In this document: positions 18,064 to 25,873 of the stretch, piece by piece | Layout of the letters: every line of letters begins with the position of its first letter | Numbering within the stretch: position 1 is the stretch's first letter | Program-made: the position numbers and the translations under genes | The notes under the pieces: generated by a model | The model's database searches: none | The model's input: only the letters and a program-made list of their open reading frames with translations | Told to the model about the DNA's origin: nothing | NCBI GenBank assembly: GCA_036261625.1 | Contig: DATAKL010000019.1 | Coordinates: forward strand, 5,185-69,184 | Source of the DNA: Ignavibacteriales bacterium | GTDB taxonomy: Bacteria > Bacteroidota > Ignavibacteria > Ignavibacteriales > SURF-24 | Length of the DNA: 64,000 bases | Reading direction: 5' to 3'

Positions 18064-19746
18064 CTATTTCATTTGTTCTTCAATCTGAAACACAGGCCTT
18101 ATGTCGACCGGAAGGCTTTTAAGTTTCTGCCGCAGGAGGTTTATTGAAGGTGAATCCACGGCATATTTTGCTATCAGATCCTGCGCGCCTTCATAGTTCC
18201 CGGTTGCCTGAATAGTAAGGATCTTTTCTGCCAGGTCCTTAAGAGCAGGGTAGATCTTCTCGAAATTAACCCTTACTTTTTCAGTATTACTATCGAACTC
18301 ATATCCGCCTTTTTCAAGCAGATAATTATAAATAATTGCATTTCCCGCGCCGTGGGCTTCATTTACGCCGAAGCGGACCGAGCGGAATATTCCGGCCAGG
18401 AAGGTGGCGTAAGTCTCATAGGCGAATTCTGCGGGATAGACTCCCTTTTTGATCATGAATATGTTGTTATACATGCCGAGGACGTCGGCCTTGCATTCCT
18501 CAAGCTTTGAGTAAGTTTCCTTGAGTGCTTTTTTAACCTCTGTCTTTTCACCCTTTACGGTAATAAAACCCGGTCCCACGCCGTGCGACATCTCGTGCAT
18601 TAGCGTGTGGCTGAAGAATCCGTCGAAGGTAACATACTTCATCTGGGATGGGTCTAGCACTATCCGGGCAATCGGCATCAGTAGTTTTTCAAATTTTGCT
18701 TCATGCATATTCTTCAGCATAACTTTTTTGGAGCCTTTGGCTGCCCTTACTCTTTCATCATTAGGCAGGTTGAAGGCCAGCGTCTGGACTCCGGCTCTGG
18801 TGTCGCCGGCAGAATAAACTTCCTGTACAACAACTATGGGGGATTCAAGGCCGCGGCTGGAATTCTTATACTTTTCCTCCAGCGGCAGGTTTTCTTCAAT
18901 TTCCTTTAAGTAGCTTCCGAACTTTTCCAGTTTTTTACTCTCAACGGGATCTTTGATCGTAAGAAAGCTCTCATAGGAAGCCTTGTAATTAAAGAGTTCG
19001 TCTTCGTAGACCTCATAGGGCCCTATAATAAATTCGATTGTGTTATCCTTAAGATCCATCCACGCCATGTCGCTGTCATAATAGTCGTTTGTCTCAAATG
19101 CCCTGGCGCGCAGTTCGAGATATTTTTTCAGTGACCGGTTTTCAGTGTACTTTCCGGCTTCGCGCAAAAGAGCAGCAGCACGGCTAAGATCACCCTTATA
19201 GGCTTCAGTGTAGGGGATAGCCTTAAGACTTCCTTTTTCCCGGCGTATGATGGTAAACTCCGAGGTGAATTTATCCTTATCCAGAGGATGTTTATCAATC
19301 CAGTTCTGAAATTCCTCCTTTGTCATATCCGAAGGGTAGAAGTTGGCTCCAAGCGGTTTTTCCTCATTTCCAAAGAACGGCCTGTTATGATCGAGCCTGT
19401 CGAAAGGACCCATATTGATTGTAAAGTATTCAAGTGTAAGCTTTGCTTTTTCAGACGTATCCTTTTCAAGCTGATTTTTGATCTCGATATTTTTGCTGTA
19501 TACCTGTTTAAGGAAAATGCTGTCTATTATGCGGGAAGCCTGAAACAGCTTTTCCACACAGATCTTCTCATTCTGACTTAGAAGCGTCGAGTCGTATTTA
19601 ATTTCAAAGGGGGCATACTGCCTTATCTTTTCTTTCAGCATACTCGGATCCTCGTATTGTGCGAAAATGTTTGACTGACTGAGGGTTAAAATAAAACCCG
19701 TCCATAGCGCCAGATGTCTGGCAATTACAGGGAATTTCATCTGCAT
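18064..19746 (-). CDS. secreted M49-like (dipeptidyl-peptidase III family) zinc metallopeptidase with pentapeptide HEMSH motif
   Basis: It has a signal peptide, an HEMSH motif at nt 18583-18597 (minus) and a second M49-type motif, EECKAD, at nt 18484-18501. Confidence 0.72.
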   Translation of the reverse strand: MQMKFPVIARHLALWTGFILTLSQSNIFAQYEDPSMLKEKIRQYAPFEIKYDSTLLSQNEKICVEKLFQASRIIDSIFLKQVYSKNIEIKNQLEKDTSEKAKLTLEYFTINMGPFDRLDHNRPFFGNEEKPLGANFYPSDMTKEEFQNWIDKHPLDKDKFTSEFTIIRREKGSLKAIPYTEAYKGDLSRAAALLREAGKYTENRSLKKYLELRARAFETNDYYDSDMAWMDLKDNTIEFIIGPYEVYEDELFNYKASYESFLTIKDPVESKKLEKFGSYLKEIEENLPLEEKYKNSSRGLESPIVVVQEVYSAGDTRAGVQTLAFNLPNDERVRAAKGSKKVMLKNMHEAKFEKLLMPIARIVLDPSQMKYVTFDGFFSHTLMHEMSHGVGPGFITVKGEKTEVKKALKETYSKLEECKADVLGMYNNIFMIKKGVYPAEFAYETYATFLAGIFRSVRFGVNEAHGAGNAIIYNYLLEKGGYEFDSNTEKVRVNFEKIYPALKDLAEKILTIQATGNYEGAQDLIAKYAVDSPSINLLRQKLKSLPVDIRPVFQIEEQMK

Positions 19747-20024
19747 CTCCTTAAAAATAATATCAAATCTTGAATGTGGAAATATATAAAGGAATTTGGA
19801 GAAAGGAAAAAATAATTATGTGATACTGGAAGGGGGGAGTTACTTACGGGGAAATAAAAGAAAGTTAAATGTTTCAAGTGGTGACCTGAGGCACAAAATA
19901 AGCATTTGTGCTTTAGTTGTTTGTATATGTTTGAATATACGGTTACGTTATACTGAACACCTCCCTATCTGATTGGTAGCGCTCTTCAGTGTGATGCAAA
20001 AACTGCAGATGACTGTTGAGCGCT

Positions 20025-20079
20025 ATTTCTTTTTTATCCATTTCTTTTTTATCCATTTCTTTTTTATCGATTTCTTTTC
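20025..20079. repeat. 15-bp tandem repeat (atttcttttttatcc, ~3.7 copies)
   Basis: Direct reading gives units at 20025-20039, 20040-20054, 20055-20069 (one substitution) and a partial unit at 20070-20079. The array sits 4 nt beyond the stop of the minus-strand gene 20084..21142. Confidence 0.9.
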
Positions 20080-20083
20080 AGTC

Positions 20084-21142
20084 TCATTTAAAACCGAATC
20101 CCGGTGCATATACAGTGGTCAGGCCGAACATCAGCTTTCCGTTTCTCTGCATTATCATCCACAGGCCGGGGGAGAAGTGTTCAAATTTAATAATGCCCGG
20201 GTATATGTTCACGTTAATTGCATTTTCTTCAAGTCCCGAGAAAAAAACCGAAGCAAGAAGTGAATTATCCCTGTCGTAAAAAAATCCTGCATTCCAGACG
20301 GTGCTTATTGTCATCTGGTATGTCTTAGGATCAATAATGTATCGTCTCTGTGCCTTAAGGCCTGCGCCTGCCGATACGGCAGTGCCGTCTTTGAACTTGT
20401 AAGACAGTCCTCCCAGGCCGCTCATTCCAAAGTAATAAAACAGGTGCCAGTTATCCTGCCTTGGAATTTTCCATTTTACAGAAAAATACTGTCCCGAGTT
20501 TTGAAGCGATAAATCGTGGAAATTAAAAGAAGGCATAAGCGACCAGTCGGCCATGTTAAGATCCTCCTTAAAGAACTTCTTTACGCCATCAAAGCTGAAA
20601 AGAACTATTCCGCCCATATCAAAAACGTATATGTCGGAAATGGGATCGACATTATCTCCCTGATAAGATCCGTTTTCAACAAACTCATTGATGAGGTGAA
20701 AGCCGGCAAGTGTGGCAACTGAAAAGACAGCGGGATAGGGGAATTTATTATATTCGTACCACTCTTTCATTGCGGTGTATGTCATGCCTCCTCCGATCAG
20801 ATGGAGCTGATAGTTCGGGAACCACTGTGCCCGGTTTTTTGCAAACTCCAGAGGCAGGATTTCATTGCGAAGGAACTTCCACCATCCGTAACGGCTTATC
20901 GGGCCGAAAGGGGAAGAGAGGTTCTTCAGAACGTTTCTGGATCCATTGCGGTAGGGGAAGCCGAAGATCTTACGGTCGGATCCCTCCATCTGAATGACGT
21001 CATAACTGCCGTTTAATATAAGGTAGAAAGGATTGTAAAGCGACTGGCTGCCGTAGTCTTTGCCGGTATAAAAGTATTTTTCCTGGGGGAAAACAAAAGT
21101 GCCTGAAACCAAAAGAAATAAAAAAATGTAAAAAAAACGCAT
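20084..21142 (-). CDS. secreted/outer-membrane hypothetical protein, paralog A of a tandem pair
   Basis: 352 aa with a signal peptide (MRFFYIFLFLLVSGTFVFPQE). It shares long collinear blocks with the adjacent gene: YFYTGKDYGS, NYQLHLIGGGMTYTAMKEWYEY, ISDIYVFDMGGIVLFSFD, GQYFSVKWK, WNAGFFYDRDNSLLASV and IYPGIIKFEHFSPG. The C-terminal half has an alternating beta-strand-like pattern. Confidence 0.75.
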   Translation of the reverse strand: MRFFYIFLFLLVSGTFVFPQEKYFYTGKDYGSQSLYNPFYLILNGSYDVIQMEGSDRKIFGFPYRNGSRNVLKNLSSPFGPISRYGWWKFLRNEILPLEFAKNRAQWFPNYQLHLIGGGMTYTAMKEWYEYNKFPYPAVFSVATLAGFHLINEFVENGSYQGDNVDPISDIYVFDMGGIVLFSFDGVKKFFKEDLNMADWSLMPSFNFHDLSLQNSGQYFSVKWKIPRQDNWHLFYYFGMSGLGGLSYKFKDGTAVSAGAGLKAQRRYIIDPKTYQMTISTVWNAGFFYDRDNSLLASVFFSGLEENAINVNIYPGIIKFEHFSPGLWMIMQRNGKLMFGLTTVYAPGFGFK

Positions 21143-21178
21143 AATACTCCGGGAAGTTACCTTTGCCTATAATTAATT

Positions 21179-22249
21179 CTAAAGATTTTTGAATTCATAT
21201 CCTAAACTAAACACATATCTCGTCGTTAAGCCGAAGGTAAGTTCCCCGTTTCGTCCGATAATGGACCATATGCCGGGGGAGAAATTTCCGTATTTTATTA
21301 TTCCCGGATATATATCGATCATGCAGAAATATTCTTTTACACCGCTTAGGACAAGTGAGGCTAAAAGAGAGTTGTTCCTGTCGTAGAAAACTCCTGCATG
21401 CCATGAGGTGGCAATTGTTCTCTGGCGCGTCAGGTCGTTAAGGTCAACAAGGTGTTTTGACTTGAATCCCAGACCCAGCGACAGGTTGTCTGTTGGATTT
21501 ACTTTCTTTGAGAGTCCGAAAAGAGCGCCCATGCCGTAGCGGTAGAAAATCGAGTAATTCTCTGAAAAGGGGAGTTTCCATTTCATCGAAAAGTACTGCC
21601 CGGCGTTGACGCGCCCGTTGGGAAGGGCAATTGTTGCCTGAAGCGACCAGTCCGACAGGTTCAGCGTCCGGCTGAAGAATTCATTCACATTGTCGAAGCT
21701 GAAAAGCACGATTCCGCCCAGATCAAATATATAAATGTCTGAGATCTCATCGACGCTGTAGCCCTCGTAGGGACCGGTTTCCATGACCTCGTTAAAGAAA
21801 TGCTGCCCCATAATGGTAATTGAAGACAAAAGCCAGGGGACCGGGCAGTTATGCTCCTCGTAGTACTCCTTCATGGCTGTGTAGAGCATTCCGCCCCCGA
21901 TTAAATGCTGCTGATAGTTGGGAATCCACTGCATCTCTTCGGTCTTAAAACTCAGAGGGAGGAATTCCGTCCTCAGGAAAAGCTTCCAGCCGTAAAGGTC
22001 AATCGACTTGAAAGGATGCACAAATAAATTCTGCACCACGTTGCGGGTCATTCTGCCGTACTGGTGATCTCCGATTTTATTCGTCACCGACTGCAGCTGC
22101 GTGACGTCGTAGCCGCCATTGATGAGAAGTGAGAAGGGATTAAAAAGACTTTCACTGCCGTAGTCTTTTCCTGTATAGAAATAGCGCTCCTGGCAGAAGA
22201 GTCTGCCGGCAAATAAAAATACAAAAGCGAAAATCAGCAATAATCGCAT
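21179..22249 (-). CDS. secreted/outer-membrane hypothetical protein, paralog B of a tandem pair
   Basis: The start was moved to the ATG at 22249 (MRLLLIFAFVFLFAGRLFCQE signal peptide); the listed start at 22351 adds 34 unlikely residues. It is collinear with paralog A: YFYTGKDYGS, NYQQHLIGGGMLYTAMKEYYE, ISDIYIFDLGGIVLFSFD, GQYFSMKWK, WHAGVFYDRNNSLLASL and IYPGIIKYGNFSPG. Confidence 0.75.
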   Translation of the reverse strand: MRLLLIFAFVFLFAGRLFCQERYFYTGKDYGSESLFNPFSLLINGGYDVTQLQSVTNKIGDHQYGRMTRNVVQNLFVHPFKSIDLYGWKLFLRTEFLPLSFKTEEMQWIPNYQQHLIGGGMLYTAMKEYYEEHNCPVPWLLSSITIMGQHFFNEVMETGPYEGYSVDEISDIYIFDLGGIVLFSFDNVNEFFSRTLNLSDWSLQATIALPNGRVNAGQYFSMKWKLPFSENYSIFYRYGMGALFGLSKKVNPTDNLSLGLGFKSKHLVDLNDLTRQRTIATSWHAGVFYDRNNSLLASLVLSGVKEYFCMIDIYPGIIKYGNFSPGIWSIIGRNGELTFGLTTRYVFSLGYEFKNL

Positions 22250-22364
22250 AAAATCTATTAACGGCCCGTTTGTGCTAAAAAAATTTCCCAAAGATAATCT
22301 TTTCCGGAATAAAAATCCGGAAAAAGAAAGTTCTTCAGGCTCTAAGATCACCGGAGATTTCCTC

Positions 22365-22476
22365 TTCCGGAATTTTACTCTTCCGGAATTTTACTCTTCC
22401 GGAATTTTATTCCTCCGGAATTTTATTCCTCCGGAATTTCCCATTCTTCCGGGAAATAGGTCTCCGGAAAGATCTT
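22365..22476. repeat. 16-bp-period tandem array carrying the palindrome TTCCGGAA (5 good plus 2 degenerate units)
   Basis: The units read ttccggaattttactc (22365, 22381), ttccggaattttattc (22397), ctccggaattttattc (22413) and ctccggaatttcccat (22429). Degenerate units follow at 22445 and 22461. Extra TCCGGAA cores occur at 22302-22309 and 22315-22323. Confidence 0.9.
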
Positions 22477-23439
22477 CCGGGCTTCTTGAAGCAGTGCCGG
22501 GTAATCCTCTTCCTGAGAATAGCGTTCAGAGACGTGGAACAAAATCAGTTTCTTTGCACCGGCCTCTTTTGCAAGAGAAGCCGTCTGGCGTGTTGTCATG
22601 TGGTAATTTTTCTTTGCCAGCTCCTCATCCAGGTATGAATACTGGCTTTCACAGACAACTGTGTCGCAGCCTTCAATAAGCTCGATGGCTCTCCTCCTTG
22701 AGAGGTCATCATTAACAAAATCGGTAAGGTAGGCTATCTTTTCGCCCGGAGTTGTAATAAGGAGTTTTTCTCTTAAGTCCTTAAGTCTGAAGCCGTTTCC
22801 ATCGAGAGATATAATTTCATTTTCATCAAGCCTCAGATCCTTCAGCTTTTCAAGCCAGGCTCCCTGCGGCAGGCCTGACTGGAGAAGTTCAGCCTTATTG
22901 ATGTTAAGCGAGTCGTTTTCACTGACAACGTATGCAATAGTCGGTATTATGTGATTCATTATGGCGGCTTTGACCTTAAAGCCGGGAGTTTCAAGAACCA
23001 GGCCGTTAAAGTCCGTTTCTCCTTCGAAATGTTTTACTTCAAAGCCTTCTTTTGTCTTAAAGCTGAAGGAGGCCATTGAACTTTCACTAATGTCCGTAAC
23101 GTACCACTTTCCCGGAGCCTCTGAGATGAGGTTCCAGATAAAGCCCAGGAGGCGGTGCTGAATTATTCCTGAAGTCTTTTCCGGGCCCCAGACGTAAACG
23201 GGCTTCTCCTCGCGGTCGTAGTTGCGTCTGAAGAAGTAATCAAAGCCCGCAATATGGTCGATATGCGTGTGTGAGAAGAAAAGGTGGTCTATGGCTTTAA
23301 TATCAGACTGCCTGATTTCCCTTAAGAGCCCTTCACCGCAGTCGAAAAGGAGCCTGAAGAATTGTGTGCCGCTGTTAACCCAGACAAACATTGCATTATC
23401 GCGTCCCGGGCGGCCGAGTATTTGGTATTGTATGCTCAT
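22423..23439 (-). CDS. MBL-fold metallo-hydrolase, RNase Z/ElaC-like
   Basis: LLFDCGEG, the HxHxDH motif (FFSHTHIDHIAG) and VYVWGPEK match the layout of short-form RNase Z. The last 18 codons overlap the TTCCGGAA repeat array. Confidence 0.75.
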   Translation of the reverse strand: MSIQYQILGRPGRDNAMFVWVNSGTQFFRLLFDCGEGLLREIRQSDIKAIDHLFFSHTHIDHIAGFDYFFRRNYDREEKPVYVWGPEKTSGIIQHRLLGFIWNLISEAPGKWYVTDISESSMASFSFKTKEGFEVKHFEGETDFNGLVLETPGFKVKAAIMNHIIPTIAYVVSENDSLNINKAELLQSGLPQGAWLEKLKDLRLDENEIISLDGNGFRLKDLREKLLITTPGEKIAYLTDFVNDDLSRRRAIELIEGCDTVVCESQYSYLDEELAKKNYHMTTRQTASLAKEAGAKKLILFHVSERYSQEEDYPALLQEARKIFPETYFPEEWEIPEE

Positions 23440-23650
23440 GAAGCTCTATAGTTCAAAGTATAGAAGAAAAAGTACAAAGTAATAATGAAAAGCAAAAGGA
23501 AAAAGATTTTGAGCCTGGGAAATAAGTATCCGTTTTGAGACAGGTGTTCCTTAATAAGTCTGTAAATAATTAAAAAAAGTATTATCTTTTCCGGACTGTT
23601 TATAATATTATGCTTTATCTAAACATTAAATATTCCGGAGAAGAGTTAAA

Positions 23651-25534
23651 ATGAAATACAAGGCGCTTTTCCTTTTGCTGGTTTTCTTCAGCCTCACCCG
23701 GATTCTCTCAGCCGCAGAGGGAGAGGATTCGGCCTATGTTGCCTCTCATTATACAAAGTACGAATACCGGATTCCGATGCGTGACGGCGCGAGGCTTTTT
23801 ACAGCGGTTTATGTCCCTAAGGATACCTCCAAAAGTTATCCTTTTCTTATGAACCGCACCCCTTACAGTGTGGGCCCTTACGGCCTAAATGCATATCCGA
23901 AACACCTGGGCCCTTCCATGGAATTTACCGAAGAGGGCTTTATATTTGTCTACCAGGACGTGCGCGGGCGTTTTATGTCTGAAGGGGAATTTGAGGATGT
24001 AAGACCCGACAGGCAGGATCCTGACTCTATGGATGAAAGCCGCGACACGTATGACACAATTGACTGGCTCCTGAAGAACGTAAAACATAATAACGGACGG
24101 GCCGGCATCTGGGGAATCTCTTATCCGGGGTTTTATGCAGCCATGGCCGCAATTGATGCCCATCCGGCTTTGAAGGCCGCCTCACCTCAGGCGCCTATTG
24201 CAGACTGGTTTATTGATGACGATTTCCACCGCCACGGCACACTCTGGCTTCCGCATATGTTCGGTTTCCTGGGAGTCTTTGGAAAACCCAGACCTGAACT
24301 TACCACAAAGTGGACACAGCCAGACTTCAGGGTTGAAACACCCGACGGCTACAAGTTCTTTCTGGACATGGGACCCCTTTCCAACATCAATAAAAAGTAT
24401 TATAAGAATAACATCAGGTTCTGGAATGAGCTCATTAAGCATCCTGACTATGATCACTTCTGGAAAGAAAGAAATATTCTTCCGCACCTTAAGAGCCTGA
24501 AACCCGCCATGCTGACCGTCGGCGGATGGTTCGATGCTGAGGATCTCTACGGGGCACTGAACGTTTATAAGACTGCTGAAAAGAGTAACCCCGGAATTGA
24601 AAACGCTCTTGTAATGGGCCCGTGGTTCCATGGCGGATGGGAACGCTCGGAAGGGGATCATCTGGGAAGCGTGCAGTTTGTTGAGAAAACAGGACCTTAC
24701 TTCCTGAAAGAAATTGAACTCCCGTTCTTTAATCATTACCTGAAGAATAAAGGGAACTTTAAGCCCTCGGAGGCCACAGTATTTGAAACAGGCTCAAACC
24801 AGTGGAAGACCTACGGGGAATGGCCTCCTAAGAACGCGGTGGAAACTTCACTTTATATTCAGCCCGGTGGAGGCCTATCATTTGACAGACCTGCAAACAA
24901 GGGGCAGTCGTTTGATGAATACATAAGTGACCCGAATAAACCGGTCCCTTTTACAAGTGAAGTAACCACACACATGACCCGTGAGTATATGGTTGAGGAT
25001 CAGAGATTTGCCGAAAGACGCCCTGACGTCCTGACCTATACGGGTGATGTTCTGAAAGAAGATGTTACTCTTGCCGGACCTATAACCGCGGAACTCTACG
25101 TTTCAACCTCCGGAACGGATGCAGATTACGTTGTGAAGCTCATTGATGTCTTCCCGGATGACACGCCTGATAACAAGCCTAATCCTACGGGAGTAAAAAT
25201 GGGGGGCTATGAGATGATGGTCAGAGGCGAAATCATGCGTGCACGCTACAGAAACAGCTTCGAGAAGCCTGAGGCTATGGTGCCGGGCAGGGTTACTAAG
25301 GTAAGCTTCACTCTTCAGGACATAAATCACACATTCAGGAAAGGGCACAGGATAATGGTTCAGATCCAGAGCTCCTGGTTCCCCCTGTCTGACCGGAACC
25401 CGCAGAAGTTCGTCAATATCTACGAGGCAAAGGAGTCAGACTTCCAGAAGGCAACAGAGAGGATCTATCACTCGGAAAAGTACCCTTCAAGACTCGTTGC
25501 AGGCAGACTGGAAAAGGATATTCCAAACAGATAG
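23651..25534 (+). CDS. CocE/NonD family hydrolase (S15 Xaa-Pro dipeptidyl-peptidase-like), secreted
   Basis: It has a signal peptide, MRDGARLFTAVYVPKD, the nucleophile elbow GISYPGFYA and a C-terminal beta-sandwich (RIYHSEKYPSRLV). Confidence 0.85.
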   Translation: MKYKALFLLLVFFSLTRILSAAEGEDSAYVASHYTKYEYRIPMRDGARLFTAVYVPKDTSKSYPFLMNRTPYSVGPYGLNAYPKHLGPSMEFTEEGFIFVYQDVRGRFMSEGEFEDVRPDRQDPDSMDESRDTYDTIDWLLKNVKHNNGRAGIWGISYPGFYAAMAAIDAHPALKAASPQAPIADWFIDDDFHRHGTLWLPHMFGFLGVFGKPRPELTTKWTQPDFRVETPDGYKFFLDMGPLSNINKKYYKNNIRFWNELIKHPDYDHFWKERNILPHLKSLKPAMLTVGGWFDAEDLYGALNVYKTAEKSNPGIENALVMGPWFHGGWERSEGDHLGSVQFVEKTGPYFLKEIELPFFNHYLKNKGNFKPSEATVFETGSNQWKTYGEWPPKNAVETSLYIQPGGGLSFDRPANKGQSFDEYISDPNKPVPFTSEVTTHMTREYMVEDQRFAERRPDVLTYTGDVLKEDVTLAGPITAELYVSTSGTDADYVVKLIDVFPDDTPDNKPNPTGVKMGGYEMMVRGEIMRARYRNSFEKPEAMVPGRVTKVSFTLQDINHTFRKGHRIMVQIQSSWFPLSDRNPQKFVNIYEAKESDFQKATERIYHSEKYPSRLVAGRLEKDIPNR

Positions 25535-25705
25535 TACAATAATTTGTTCTTAGTCCCGGGGCTTATTTTGCCCCGGGATACATGCTTGCCGCAAATCACA
25601 ACATTTTTTGATTTATTCTGCTTTATTGCTCTTGACAAACGGCACGGCGTTTTATATGTTCGGGGTAGAAAAACCCTGACAATATATTACTTTAGGAAAG
25701 ACTTA

Positions 25706-25873
25706 TATGAGCATCGAACTGATCCTGATTATTGCCTTTGTAATAGTTACATTCATCGCCCTGCAGATCGTAAAAATCCGCAAGCCAGAGCCGGTGCAAA
25801 GCAGGGAGAGGACCATAGTTTCTCCTGAAGACTGCAGACTTGTGGAAGTCCATGAGCTTGATGAAAATCAGTG
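25706..25873 (+). CDS. hypothetical small membrane protein (55 aa; below the ORF-track cut-off)
   Basis: An ATG at 25706 follows AGGAAAGA by 5 nt. The product is MSIELILIIAFVIVTFIALQIVKIRKPEPVQSRERTIVSPEDCRLVEVHELDENQ, with one N-terminal TM helix and a charged tail. Its stop overlaps the convergent gene's stop by 6 nt. Confidence 0.3.

Noticed and set aside
19973-20279. Two plus-strand ORFs (96 and 87 aa) with FFFIHFFFIH / ISFLSISFLS repeats.
   Set aside because: They are translation artefacts of the 15-bp T-rich tandem repeat, and they overlap the end of gene 20084..21142.
22250-22300. Possible sigma54 promoter (TTAGCAC-N5-GGCCG on the minus strand) downstream of the repeat array.
   Set aside because: The -24 GG and -12 GC elements do not match the TGGCAC-N5-TTGC consensus.
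22365-22476. Possible CRISPR array.
   Set aside because: The period is only 16 bp with no unique spacers between repeats, and no cas genes are present. This is a simple tandem repeat. The same reasoning applies to the 15-bp repeat at 20025-20079.
22272-22679. A 135-aa plus-strand ORF with repetitive peptide (FRNFTLPEFYSSGILFLRNFIPPEF).
   Set aside because: The repetitiveness comes from translating the 16-bp DNA repeat. The ORF overlaps the 3' end of the RNase Z-like gene and has no start context.
24182-24736. A 184-aa minus-strand ORF.
   Set aside because: It is antisense shadow of the CocE/NonD gene.
25554-25578. A hairpin tcccggggc-ttatttt-gccccggga after the CocE/NonD gene.
   Set aside because: The stem is good but no T-run follows, so it is left uncalled as a terminator.
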